NCBI GenBank assembly: GCA_964573345.1
Contig: CAZNJP010000002.1
Coordinates: 9,916-41,915 of the forward strand
Source of the DNA: an uncultured Syntrophobacter sp.
GTDB taxonomy: Bacteria; Desulfobacterota; Desulfofervidia; Desulfofervidales; DG-60
Direction: 5' to 3'
Length of the DNA: 32,000 bases
Under the pieces are notes generated by a model. It searched no databases. It saw only the letters and a list, made by a program, of their open reading frames with translations, and was not told where the DNA came from. Positions 15,302 to 22,545 of the stretch are shown in pieces. A program made the translations under genes and the position numbers. Positions within the stretch are counted from its first letter, which is position 1. Each line of letters starts with the position of its first letter.

Positions 15302-16023
15302 AGATTTTAGGGATATGTGGGACAAATAAAAGAAAAAATAAAAAATCTGCCAGTGATTACTTTCTTAGAAAGGCCCTGGAAGCCACTGAAGAACTGGGGG
15401 CAAAGACAGAATTAATTAGACTTATAAATTATCGTATAAAACCATGTTTGGCATGTAATTTCTGCATTTGCGGCAAGTTATGTCCTTTGCTCGAAGATCC
15501 AAAAGATGATGCAAAAGAAATCTTTGAAAAGATAGATGAGGCAGAAGGTATAATCTTTTCCTTCCCTGTTTACGCATATCAGACACCTGCCGTTGTCATT
15601 AATTTACTTCAGAGGGTAAGGCCTTTTCATGAGCTTGAAAGGGCAAAGGCAACAGGCTTAGAAATTAAGGCCGTAAAAAGCAATCCCTTTTCTGGAAAAC
15701 CTATAGGAAATTTGGCAGTAGCGGCCGCTATTGGGTTAGAAGGGGCTTTATTTGGACCGCTCCATATCTTGAAGGCATTGGGGGCAACACCAGTTGCCTG
15801 TGCAGGTATTTCTCTTTTGGACCCAGAGATAAAAAATATTTATAGCATAAACGGTAAATTCTGTGTTCCTAATAAAGAAATAAAGGCATTTTTTGATAGG
15901 GATTTTCCAAGTTATGAAGAAAATGAATGTGCTATTGATATGGCGCGCTCAGTAGGGAAGTGGGTCTATATGGCTTACAACTCTGAGGTATTTCAGAGGA
16001 TAAAATATCGCACCAAACTTTAG
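15298..16023 (+). CDS. Iron-sulfur flavoprotein / NADPH-dependent FMN reductase-like protein
   Basis: ORF 15235..16023. Start placed at ATG 15298, overlapping the upstream stop (ATGA). Flavodoxin-like MKILGICGTNKRK...GIIFSFPVYAYQTP. The compact Cys cluster CLACNFCICGKLC contains the CX2CX2CX5C motif of Isf-type 4Fe-4S flavoproteins. Confidence 0.7.
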   Translation: MKILGICGTNKRKNKKSASDYFLRKALEATEELGAKTELIRLINYRIKPCLACNFCICGKLCPLLEDPKDDAKEIFEKIDEAEGIIFSFPVYAYQTPAVVINLLQRVRPFHELERAKATGLEIKAVKSNPFSGKPIGNLAVAAAIGLEGALFGPLHILKALGATPVACAGISLLDPEIKNIYSINGKFCVPNKEIKAFFDRDFPSYEENECAIDMARSVGKWVYMAYNSEVFQRIKYRTKL

Positions 16024-16025
16024 TT

Positions 16026-16094
16026 ACCCCCACACCAAAAATTGGTGTGGGGGACCTTTAACAATGCCCCACCCGGAAGGGTGGGGTGGTTTAC
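16026..16094 (+). repeat. 69-bp inverted repeat, left copy (two hairpins)
   Basis: acccccacaccaaaaattggtgtgggggacctttaacaatgccccacccggaagggtggggtggtttac. It is the reverse complement of 21199-21267 with a single mismatch. It contains an 11-bp-stem hairpin (cccccacacca/tggtgtggggg) and an 8-bp stem with a GGAA loop. Confidence 0.9.
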
Positions 16095-16125
16095 TATTAA
16101 GATTTTACTATACATGGAGGCTTAA

Positions 16126-17592
16126 ATGAAGACACTATTTGTTATGCCCAGTGTAGGTGCCTGGGCCTCACACGGAATACACAAGGCACCCAACCAGCTT
16201 TATGCCCAGCTTGGTGCATATTTAAGGAGCAAGAACATTTGTGATGTAAAAGTTTTGGATGCCCGTGCCTTTGATATGTCTACTGAAAAGATGCTAGAGA
16301 AAGTCAAGGAACATGGTCCTGATATAGTGATATTAGGAGATATGGTTCATTCTTACGGCGGATTTGCTGTGATGTGGTATTTTAATGAAACAGCTCGCTT
16401 GATAAAGGAAGTTTGCCCAAAGATAAAGATTATTGTTGGTGGTCTTTGGTATTCTGGATATTATAAACAAACCCTTGAGCAAAATCCATGGATAGACTTT
16501 GTCTATGTAGGTGAAGCAGAGCTTACAGTAGAAGAGTTGCTCCTTGCCCTAGATAGAGGTCGCAAAGATTTAGAAAATATTCCTGGGCTTGCCTTGAGAA
16601 AAGATGGTCAAGTTGTAATTGGGCCTCATCGAGAATTGATTAAAGACTTAGACAGCCTTCCTTTGCCTGCCTATAATTTGTTTCCTATGGATAGGTATGT
16701 AGGGCATACCTATTGGAAACCATTTGTAGAAATCATTACCTCCCGTGGTTGTCCTAATGCCTGTTCTTTTTGTTATGAATGGAGCCAATTTGACCCCCGT
16801 AGCCCAAAGGACTTTATAAGCTGGAGGGCCAAGTCTGCAAAACAGGTAGTGGATGAACTGGAGTTATTAGAAAAGAAATACGGTGTGAAGGTAGTGGTTA
16901 TCCAGGATGATACCTACAATGTGAATATAAATAGATTAAAGGAAACATGTGATGAAATCTTAAAAAGACACCTTTCTATAAAATGGGTGATGTTGGGTAT
17001 AGCCCGGGATTGGGTAAGGCAAAAAGAGATTATTCCTTTAATGAAAAAGGCTGGCATGTTTATGGGTGTATTGGGAATAGAGGTAGCAAGTGATGAAGAA
17101 CTGAAAAAGATTGGCAAGGGTATAACAATTTCTCAGGTCAAAGAAACTATTGATATTTTGAGGGAAAATGACGTTGCTACTGTAGGTACCCTTCTGGTGG
17201 GATTTGAGGATGACAATGAGGCAATAATTAAAAATAGGTGTGAATTTGCTAATAAAATTGACCCAGATATTATCTGGATAGGCTTTGTTACTCCCCCGCC
17301 TGGTTCACCTATCTGGAGGAGTGCCGTTAGAAATGGTCGGGTTGATCCCAACCATATAGACCTAAAACTTTGGGACTTCCAGCACCCAGTTATGCCTACA
17401 AAAAATTTATCAATAGAAAATATAGGGCGTCTAGCTGCATGGGGAATGAAGAAGTTTTATAGCAATCCTAAAAGGATTCAACGCATCATGAATAGCAGTT
17501 ATGACTCACTTGCAAAGCTGTGTTTTAAGGACCAATTGGATAATTTCATGCGTTTTGAAAAAGCTGCAGTTAAAGGAGAAATTTTGGTTTAG
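16126..17592 (+). CDS. B12-binding-domain radical SAM protein, paralog 1
   Basis: Rossmann-like N-terminal domain (DIVILGD...IIVGG) followed by the SRGCPNACSFC CX3CX2C radical SAM motif. The size and layout are those of class B (cobalamin-dependent) radical SAM enzymes. Confidence 0.8.
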   Translation: MKTLFVMPSVGAWASHGIHKAPNQLYAQLGAYLRSKNICDVKVLDARAFDMSTEKMLEKVKEHGPDIVILGDMVHSYGGFAVMWYFNETARLIKEVCPKIKIIVGGLWYSGYYKQTLEQNPWIDFVYVGEAELTVEELLLALDRGRKDLENIPGLALRKDGQVVIGPHRELIKDLDSLPLPAYNLFPMDRYVGHTYWKPFVEIITSRGCPNACSFCYEWSQFDPRSPKDFISWRAKSAKQVVDELELLEKKYGVKVVVIQDDTYNVNINRLKETCDEILKRHLSIKWVMLGIARDWVRQKEIIPLMKKAGMFMGVLGIEVASDEELKKIGKGITISQVKETIDILRENDVATVGTLLVGFEDDNEAIIKNRCEFANKIDPDIIWIGFVTPPPGSPIWRSAVRNGRVDPNHIDLKLWDFQHPVMPTKNLSIENIGRLAAWGMKKFYSNPKRIQRIMNSSYDSLAKLCFKDQLDNFMRFEKAAVKGEILV

Positions 17593-17601
17593 GAGGAAGC
17601 A

Positions 17602-19467
17602 GTGCTCCCACAGAAGATTGCCTATTTAAACTTAGACACCACGGATGTTGAAATTAAAGAAATCCCCAAAAAAATAACCAAAAAATTTCTAGGTGGACGC
17701 GGGATAAATATGTATTTGCTTTATAATCATGTCAAACCTGAAACAGACCCCTTGTCTTCAGAAAATCCACTCATTATCGGACCAGGGCTTTTAACAGGAT
17801 TAAAGGGCATAAGTGCTAGTAGATGCAATATTTCTGGAAAATCTCCTGAAACAGGGCTTTTGGGGGATTCAAATATAGGTGGTTATTTTGGGGCATTCAT
17901 GAAAAGGACAGGCATTGACTATTTATTTATTACTGGTGCCTCAAAAAGGCCCGTTTATATCTATTTAGACGATGAGGGAATCAGTATAGAAGATGCCAAG
18001 GATTTATGGGGAAAATGTACTACAGAAACTAATACTATCTTAAAAAAACGCTATGGCCCATCAAGTCAGTCTATTTCTATTGGAATAGCAGGGGAGAATT
18101 TAGTACGCTTTGCCTGCATTATTAACAGGAAGAAGAACGCTGCTGGCAGGACTGGCATGGGTTGCCTTATGGGGGCCAAAAAGATAAAGGCCATTGTAGC
18201 AAATGGTAAAAAGGTCTTAAAGCCAAAAGATGAACCCAGATTTAATGAATTAATAAAAGACCTTCATCAAAAATTAGATAAAGAACCTTTAGTTAAAGTA
18301 CTCAGCGAATTTGGTTCTGTCCATCTTTTTAAGCTTATTAATGAGCAGATTGGTATGGGAAGGGTCTACAATGGACTTTCTATGACATTTCCAGAAAACA
18401 AAGATATTTCACCTGATATATTGAAAGAAAAATACTATACAGGAAAGGCAGGTTGCTTTTCCTGCCCTGTTGCCTGCCAGCATAGATACAAAGTTAATGA
18501 GATAAAAAGTGAAGGGCCAGAATATACCATTCTTGCTAGTTTTGGTCCTGTTGTAGGAATAAAAAGATTAGAAACAGTTCTTTATATAAACGACCTAATA
18601 AATAGCTATGGCCTGGATGCTAGTTCCACATCAAACCTTATTGCCTGGGCCATCGAACTATTTAAGAAAGGTCTAATAGATGAAGAGATAACCAATGGAC
18701 TGAAACTCGATTGGGGAGATGAAGAAGCAATTATAGAGTTGATTCACCAAATTGCCCATAGGAAAAGCTTTGGTGACATTTTGGCTAATGGGGCAAAAGA
18801 GGCAGTAAGGCAATTGGGTGAAAAAACAAGCAAATATATTATTTGGACAAAGTATCTACCCCAATCAGACCCAGTGGATTTAAGGTACCTTCCAGCTTAT
18901 GCCTTAGGTAATTCAGTGGCTTCAAGGGGTTCTGACCATTTAAGAAGTCGACCTACCTGGGAGGCCTATGGCCTTTCTGAGGAACAGTTAAAGGCCATTT
19001 ATGGTGGACATGTTTCTCCAAATCCCTGTAGCTATGAAGGAAAAGGAAGAGTTATCTGGTGGTGGGAAACTTATCTTTCCCTTTTTGATGCCTTGGGCCT
19101 TTGTAAGCTTATTGCCTTCCATTGTCGGCCTGGCTTGCTCAGTTTTGAATTTTTCTCAGAGTTGATTCGCTATGCCACTGATCTTGATCTAACACCTCAA
19201 GAAATCTTTGAGGTAGGGGAAAGAATCGTAAACCTAGAGAGGATGTTTATTGTAAAGAAGGAAATAAAAAGGCAGGATGACTTTCCACCTCAAAGGTACT
19301 TTGAACCACTAGTTTACCAGGAAGGCCTAACCCCTGAGAAAAAAGATTTAAAGCTGGATAAGGCAGGCTTTCATCAAATGCTTGATGAATACTATCAACT
19401 TCGTGGATGGGATAAAGAGGGTAGGCCTTTAGATGAAACAAAAGTGCGTTTGGGTTTAAGCCAATGA
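17602..19467 (+). CDS. Aldehyde:ferredoxin oxidoreductase family (tungsto/molybdopterin) enzyme
   Basis: GTG start after AGGAGG. AOR N-terminal domain (KIAYLNLDT...FLGGRG). 4Fe-4S ligands GCFSCPVACQH plus DALGLCKL. Full AOR length (621 aa). Confidence 0.9.
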   Translation: MLPQKIAYLNLDTTDVEIKEIPKKITKKFLGGRGINMYLLYNHVKPETDPLSSENPLIIGPGLLTGLKGISASRCNISGKSPETGLLGDSNIGGYFGAFMKRTGIDYLFITGASKRPVYIYLDDEGISIEDAKDLWGKCTTETNTILKKRYGPSSQSISIGIAGENLVRFACIINRKKNAAGRTGMGCLMGAKKIKAIVANGKKVLKPKDEPRFNELIKDLHQKLDKEPLVKVLSEFGSVHLFKLINEQIGMGRVYNGLSMTFPENKDISPDILKEKYYTGKAGCFSCPVACQHRYKVNEIKSEGPEYTILASFGPVVGIKRLETVLYINDLINSYGLDASSTSNLIAWAIELFKKGLIDEEITNGLKLDWGDEEAIIELIHQIAHRKSFGDILANGAKEAVRQLGEKTSKYIIWTKYLPQSDPVDLRYLPAYALGNSVASRGSDHLRSRPTWEAYGLSEEQLKAIYGGHVSPNPCSYEGKGRVIWWWETYLSLFDALGLCKLIAFHCRPGLLSFEFFSELIRYATDLDLTPQEIFEVGERIVNLERMFIVKKEIKRQDDFPPQRYFEPLVYQEGLTPEKKDLKLDKAGFHQMLDEYYQLRGWDKEGRPLDETKVRLGLSQ

Positions 19468-20537
19468 AGGTAGCAATAATTGGGGCAGGGGCAATAGGTA
19501 GTTTAGTAGCTGGTTATCTTAGCAAAGAAGGTATGGATGTCACTTTAGTTGGTAAAAGGCGGGATGTTTTAGCTATCAAGGAAAATGGCCTTATCATAGA
19601 AGGAGTAAGAGGGAGAATAGTTATTCCAGTTAATGTTACGAATAAATTAGGAAATGCGGATTTTATCATCTTGGCCGTTAAGACACAAGACATTGTTTCG
19701 GCCTTAAACGAGAATATCCAGGTCTTAAAAGATGCCCCTATCCTTACGGTGCAGAATGGGGTTAGGGCCGAAGAGATTCTTTTGAAGTTTGTTCCCAAGG
19801 AAAGGATTATTGGCAGCATTATCATGTTTGGAGCAACATACCTTGAACCAGGAAGAATTCTACACAATTTTGAAGGGGATTGGATAATTGGAAAAGTATT
19901 TGTTCAGAATGATGAAAAGGTTGAAACAATAGTAAATCTTTTAAACAAGGCATTTCCTGTCCACACAACAGAAGAAGTAAGGGAAATGAAATGGCTAAAG
20001 CTCTTTTTAAACCTAAATAATTGCCTTCCTGCCTTAGTAGGGAAAAGTATGCAAGAGACATTTTCTGATTTGGAGACCTGTAAGTTAAGTATCCGCCTCT
20101 TGTATGAGGCATTGATGGTGGTTGATAAGGCAGAAATTAAATTAAAATCCCTACCAGATTTTCCTGTAGAAAGGGTTCGGGCATTGACAGAGATGTCGCT
20201 AGAAGAAGCAAGCAAGATATTTTCAAAAATAATGACCAACTTGAGTGAGACGCCTCTTTATGGCTCTATCCTTCAAAGTATAAAGAGAAAAAGACCATCA
20301 GAAATTGACTATTTTAACGGAGAGATAGTCTCTTTAGGAAAAAAGCTAGGGTTGTCTGCACCTCTAAATAAAAAGGTAGTTGAGATGGTGCACGAAGTGG
20401 AGAGGAAAGGTGAGTTTTTTAGGCCAAAAGATATTTTAAATAAATTTAACTGTTTACCACAGAGAACGCAGAGACCACAAAGACGTCCCTCTGCGAGCTC
20501 TGTGAGCTCTGTGGTGAACGATCACAAACAAATTTAA
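19464..20537 (+). CDS. 2-dehydropantoate 2-reductase (PanE/ApbA) family oxidoreductase with repeat-derived C-terminal tail
   Basis: MKVAIIGAGAIGSLVAGYL dinucleotide fold, ILAVKTQD, SILQSIKRKRPSEIDYFNGEIV family motif. ATGA overlap with the AOR stop. The last ~25 codons (LPQRTQRPQRRPSASSVSSVVNDHKQI) run through the palindromic repeat at 20454-20518. Confidence 0.8.
   Translation: MKVAIIGAGAIGSLVAGYLSKEGMDVTLVGKRRDVLAIKENGLIIEGVRGRIVIPVNVTNKLGNADFIILAVKTQDIVSALNENIQVLKDAPILTVQNGVRAEEILLKFVPKERIIGSIIMFGATYLEPGRILHNFEGDWIIGKVFVQNDEKVETIVNLLNKAFPVHTTEEVREMKWLKLFLNLNNCLPALVGKSMQETFSDLETCKLSIRLLYEALMVVDKAEIKLKSLPDFPVERVRALTEMSLEEASKIFSKIMTNLSETPLYGSILQSIKRKRPSEIDYFNGEIVSLGKKLGLSAPLNKKVVEMVHEVERKGEFFRPKDILNKFNCLPQRTQRPQRRPSASSVSSVVNDHKQI
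20454..20518. repeat. Palindromic pair of family A (ttcaccRcagag) units
   Basis: The forward arm is ttaccacagagaacgcagaga. The reverse complement of tctgcgagctctgtgagctctgtggtgaa is ttcaccacagagctcacagagctcgcaga. The two arms can form a long imperfect hairpin. Confidence 0.65.
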
Positions 20538-20548
20538 GGGGGTTAAAG

Positions 20549-21124
20549 ATGGAATTAAAGTTTCCTAAGCTTCTGGTCAGTATAAGCAAGATTAGAGAAA
20601 AATGCTATCAGGGATATAAAGAAGGGGATAAATTTATCTTTCAAGACTTTACTAAAACCCCTCAAGGCTTTTGTCAAGGGGCCGCCACCGTGCTTTTCCC
20701 CTGTCTTTATGCCTTAACCTTTGGGGCAGAGTTTCCCTTTGAGGAAAATCCCCGTTCTATCCATACCAGTTGTCCTGATGGAGGGAGGGTAGAGTTTTTT
20801 ACCCAAGTGCTGACTGAAGCAGGGGAAATAGAAATCGGAAAAAAACAGGAACAAATAGGGCCAAAACCAAAGAAGATGATTCTCAGTGTAGAGGAAGTAA
20901 GAGGAAGGTGTTTTTATGGCTATAAGGCAGGAGATACCTTTGAAATAACCGGACTTAGCACTCCAAAGAATTTTTGCGGTGGTGCCTATAATGCCCTGTT
21001 CCCTGTGTTTTTTGCCTTAAATTTTGGGGCAAAATATCCATTTACTGAAGATGGAGGAACAATTTCTCGTGTGACCTGCCCAGATGGGGCAAACATTAGG
21101 TTTAAAGTAAGGAGAATGGAATAA
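20549..21124 (+). CDS. Tandem-domain TIGR04076-like protein (unknown function)
   Basis: Two ~90-aa halves share the pattern C..GYK.GD.F......P..FC.GA...LFP...AL.FGA..PF........CPDG..(V/I).F, which I recognise as the TIGR04076 small Cys-rich family. Confidence 0.55.
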   Translation: MELKFPKLLVSISKIREKCYQGYKEGDKFIFQDFTKTPQGFCQGAATVLFPCLYALTFGAEFPFEENPRSIHTSCPDGGRVEFFTQVLTEAGEIEIGKKQEQIGPKPKKMILSVEEVRGRCFYGYKAGDTFEITGLSTPKNFCGGAYNALFPVFFALNFGAKYPFTEDGGTISRVTCPDGANIRFKVRRME

Positions 21125-21140
21125 TAAAAAATGGCAATAA

Positions 21141-21161
21141 TTCACCGCAAAGAGCGCTGAG
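21141..21161 (+). repeat. Copy of family A REP-like unit
   Basis: aataattcaccgcaaagagcgctgag; compare 2430-2452. Confidence 0.55.
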
Positions 21162-21198
21162 TTAAGTTATTTTTTGTTTTCCGCTGAGAAGGCGGAAA

Positions 21199-21267
21199 GT
21201 AAACCACCCCACCCTTCCGGGTAGGGCATTGTTAAAGGTCCCCCACACCAATTTTTGGTGTGGGGGT
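21199..21267 (-). repeat. 69-bp inverted repeat, right copy
   Basis: gtaaaccaccccacccttccgggtagggcattgttaaaggtcccccacaccaatttttggtgtgggggt. This is the reverse complement of 16026-16094 except for one base (gggtaggg versus gggtgggg). Confidence 0.9.
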
Positions 21268-21282
21268 GAACGCTTGCAAAAA

Positions 21283-22545
21283 ATGAGGAAAAGGGTGGTA
21301 GTTACAGGTATAGGGGTGCTTTCCCCAAATGGTATTGGAAAAGAGGCATTTTGGGAAGGGATGATTTCAGGCAAATCAGGGGTAAGGCGTGTAACGGATT
21401 TTGATGTTTCTCAATTTCATTCCCAGATTGCTGCAGAAGTAAAAGATTTTGACCCATTTAGCTTTGGCTTGACGGCTGAGGAAGTAGAAAGGATGGATCG
21501 TTATGTCCAGTTTGCCGTTGTAGGAACAGAGATGGCAATAGAGGATGCAAAAATTCTTTTAGATAAAGAAGAAAAGGAGAGAGTGGGTGTTTGTTTGGCC
21601 AATGCCATCTGTGGCACAAGGTATATGGAAGAGGAATTTGTTAGGGTAACAAATGGTGGAAAAGAACCTATAGACCCGAAAAAAGTAAGACCATACCTTT
21701 ATGATGCCTCTATGTTTAATACCCCTGCGAGTGAAATATCGGCACGCTATCGATCAAAGGGCATTTGCACCACAGTTTCTACTGGTTGCACCGCAGGCAC
21801 AGATGCTGTGGGCTTTGCTTATGAAGTCATTCAAAATGGAGAGGCAGATATTATGATTACTGGTGCCTCTGAAGCGCCCCTTTGTGCCATTACCTTTGCT
21901 GCATTTGATGTCTTAAAGGTAATATCGGCCAGAAATGATGAGCCAGAAAGGGCATCAAGGCCCTTTGATAAAGAAAGGGATGGTTTTGTGCTCTCTGAGG
22001 GTTGCGGCATCTTAATCTTAGAAGAATTGGATCATGCCTTAAGGCGAGGGGCTCATATCTATTGTGAAATCACAGGTTTTGGCACCTGCTGTAATGCCTA
22101 TCATATGACAGATTTACCATCAGATGGTGATAGTATGGTTGTTTCTATAAATTTTGCCTTAAAAGATGCAGAATTGTCTCCTGAGGACATAGGTTATGTC
22201 AATGCCCATGGTAGTTCTACTAAACAAAATGATATATTTGAAACCAATGCCTATAAAACAGTCTTTGGCAAAAAAGCCTATGAGACCCCTATAAGTTCTC
22301 TTAAATCCATGATTGGCCATCCTTTGGCTGCGGCCAACAGCATAGAACTTATTGCCAGTGCCCTTATTTTTGAAAGGGACATTTTACCACCCACCATAAA
22401 TCAAGAGGCGCCTGACCCTGTATGCGATTTGGACTACATTGCTAATAAGGCCCGAGAAAAACGCATCAATCACATACTTAAAACCAGCAGTGGCTTTGCT
22501 GGTGTCCATTCCTCAATGGTATTGAGCAGACGGAATTCAAAATGA
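21283..22545 (+). CDS. Beta-ketoacyl synthase, KS-alpha type (active Cys-His-His)
   Basis: ORF 21229..22545. Its first 18 codons lie inside the inverted repeat, so the start is placed at ATG 21283 (MRKRVVVTGIG). Active-site VSTGCTAG (Cys codon tgc 21787-21789), AYHMT and VNAHGSST histidines, SLKSMIGH. Confidence 0.9.
   Translation: MRKRVVVTGIGVLSPNGIGKEAFWEGMISGKSGVRRVTDFDVSQFHSQIAAEVKDFDPFSFGLTAEEVERMDRYVQFAVVGTEMAIEDAKILLDKEEKERVGVCLANAICGTRYMEEEFVRVTNGGKEPIDPKKVRPYLYDASMFNTPASEISARYRSKGICTTVSTGCTAGTDAVGFAYEVIQNGEADIMITGASEAPLCAITFAAFDVLKVISARNDEPERASRPFDKERDGFVLSEGCGILILEELDHALRRGAHIYCEITGFGTCCNAYHMTDLPSDGDSMVVSINFALKDAELSPEDIGYVNAHGSSTKQNDIFETNAYKTVFGKKAYETPISSLKSMIGHPLAAANSIELIASALIFERDILPPTINQEAPDPVCDLDYIANKAREKRINHILKTSSGFAGVHSSMVLSRRNSK

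Noticed and set aside
16095-16125. Cobalamin or SAM riboswitch ahead of the B12-radical SAM genes (also 30511-30560).
   Set aside because: The leaders are only about 30-50 nt and consist of repeat/hairpin sequence plus a ribosome-binding site. That is too short for a riboswitch aptamer, and no conserved B12-box was recognised.
16026-21267. Calling the repeat-bracketed segment a transposon/IS, or calling it an inverton.
   Set aside because: No transposase, integrase or invertase gene and no obvious target-site duplication are visible. It is kept as a finding with alternatives, not annotated as a mobile element.
21229-21282. N-terminal extensions offered by the ORF track (889, 7110, 15235, 21229, 23783, 25384, 28102).
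   Set aside because: Each extension uses a non-ATG start or runs through the previous gene or a repeat (21229-21267 is the inverted repeat itself). An internal ATG with a Shine-Dalgarno gives a family-typical N-terminus (MRKRVVVTGIG, MKKWVIV signal peptide, MKILGICG, and so on).
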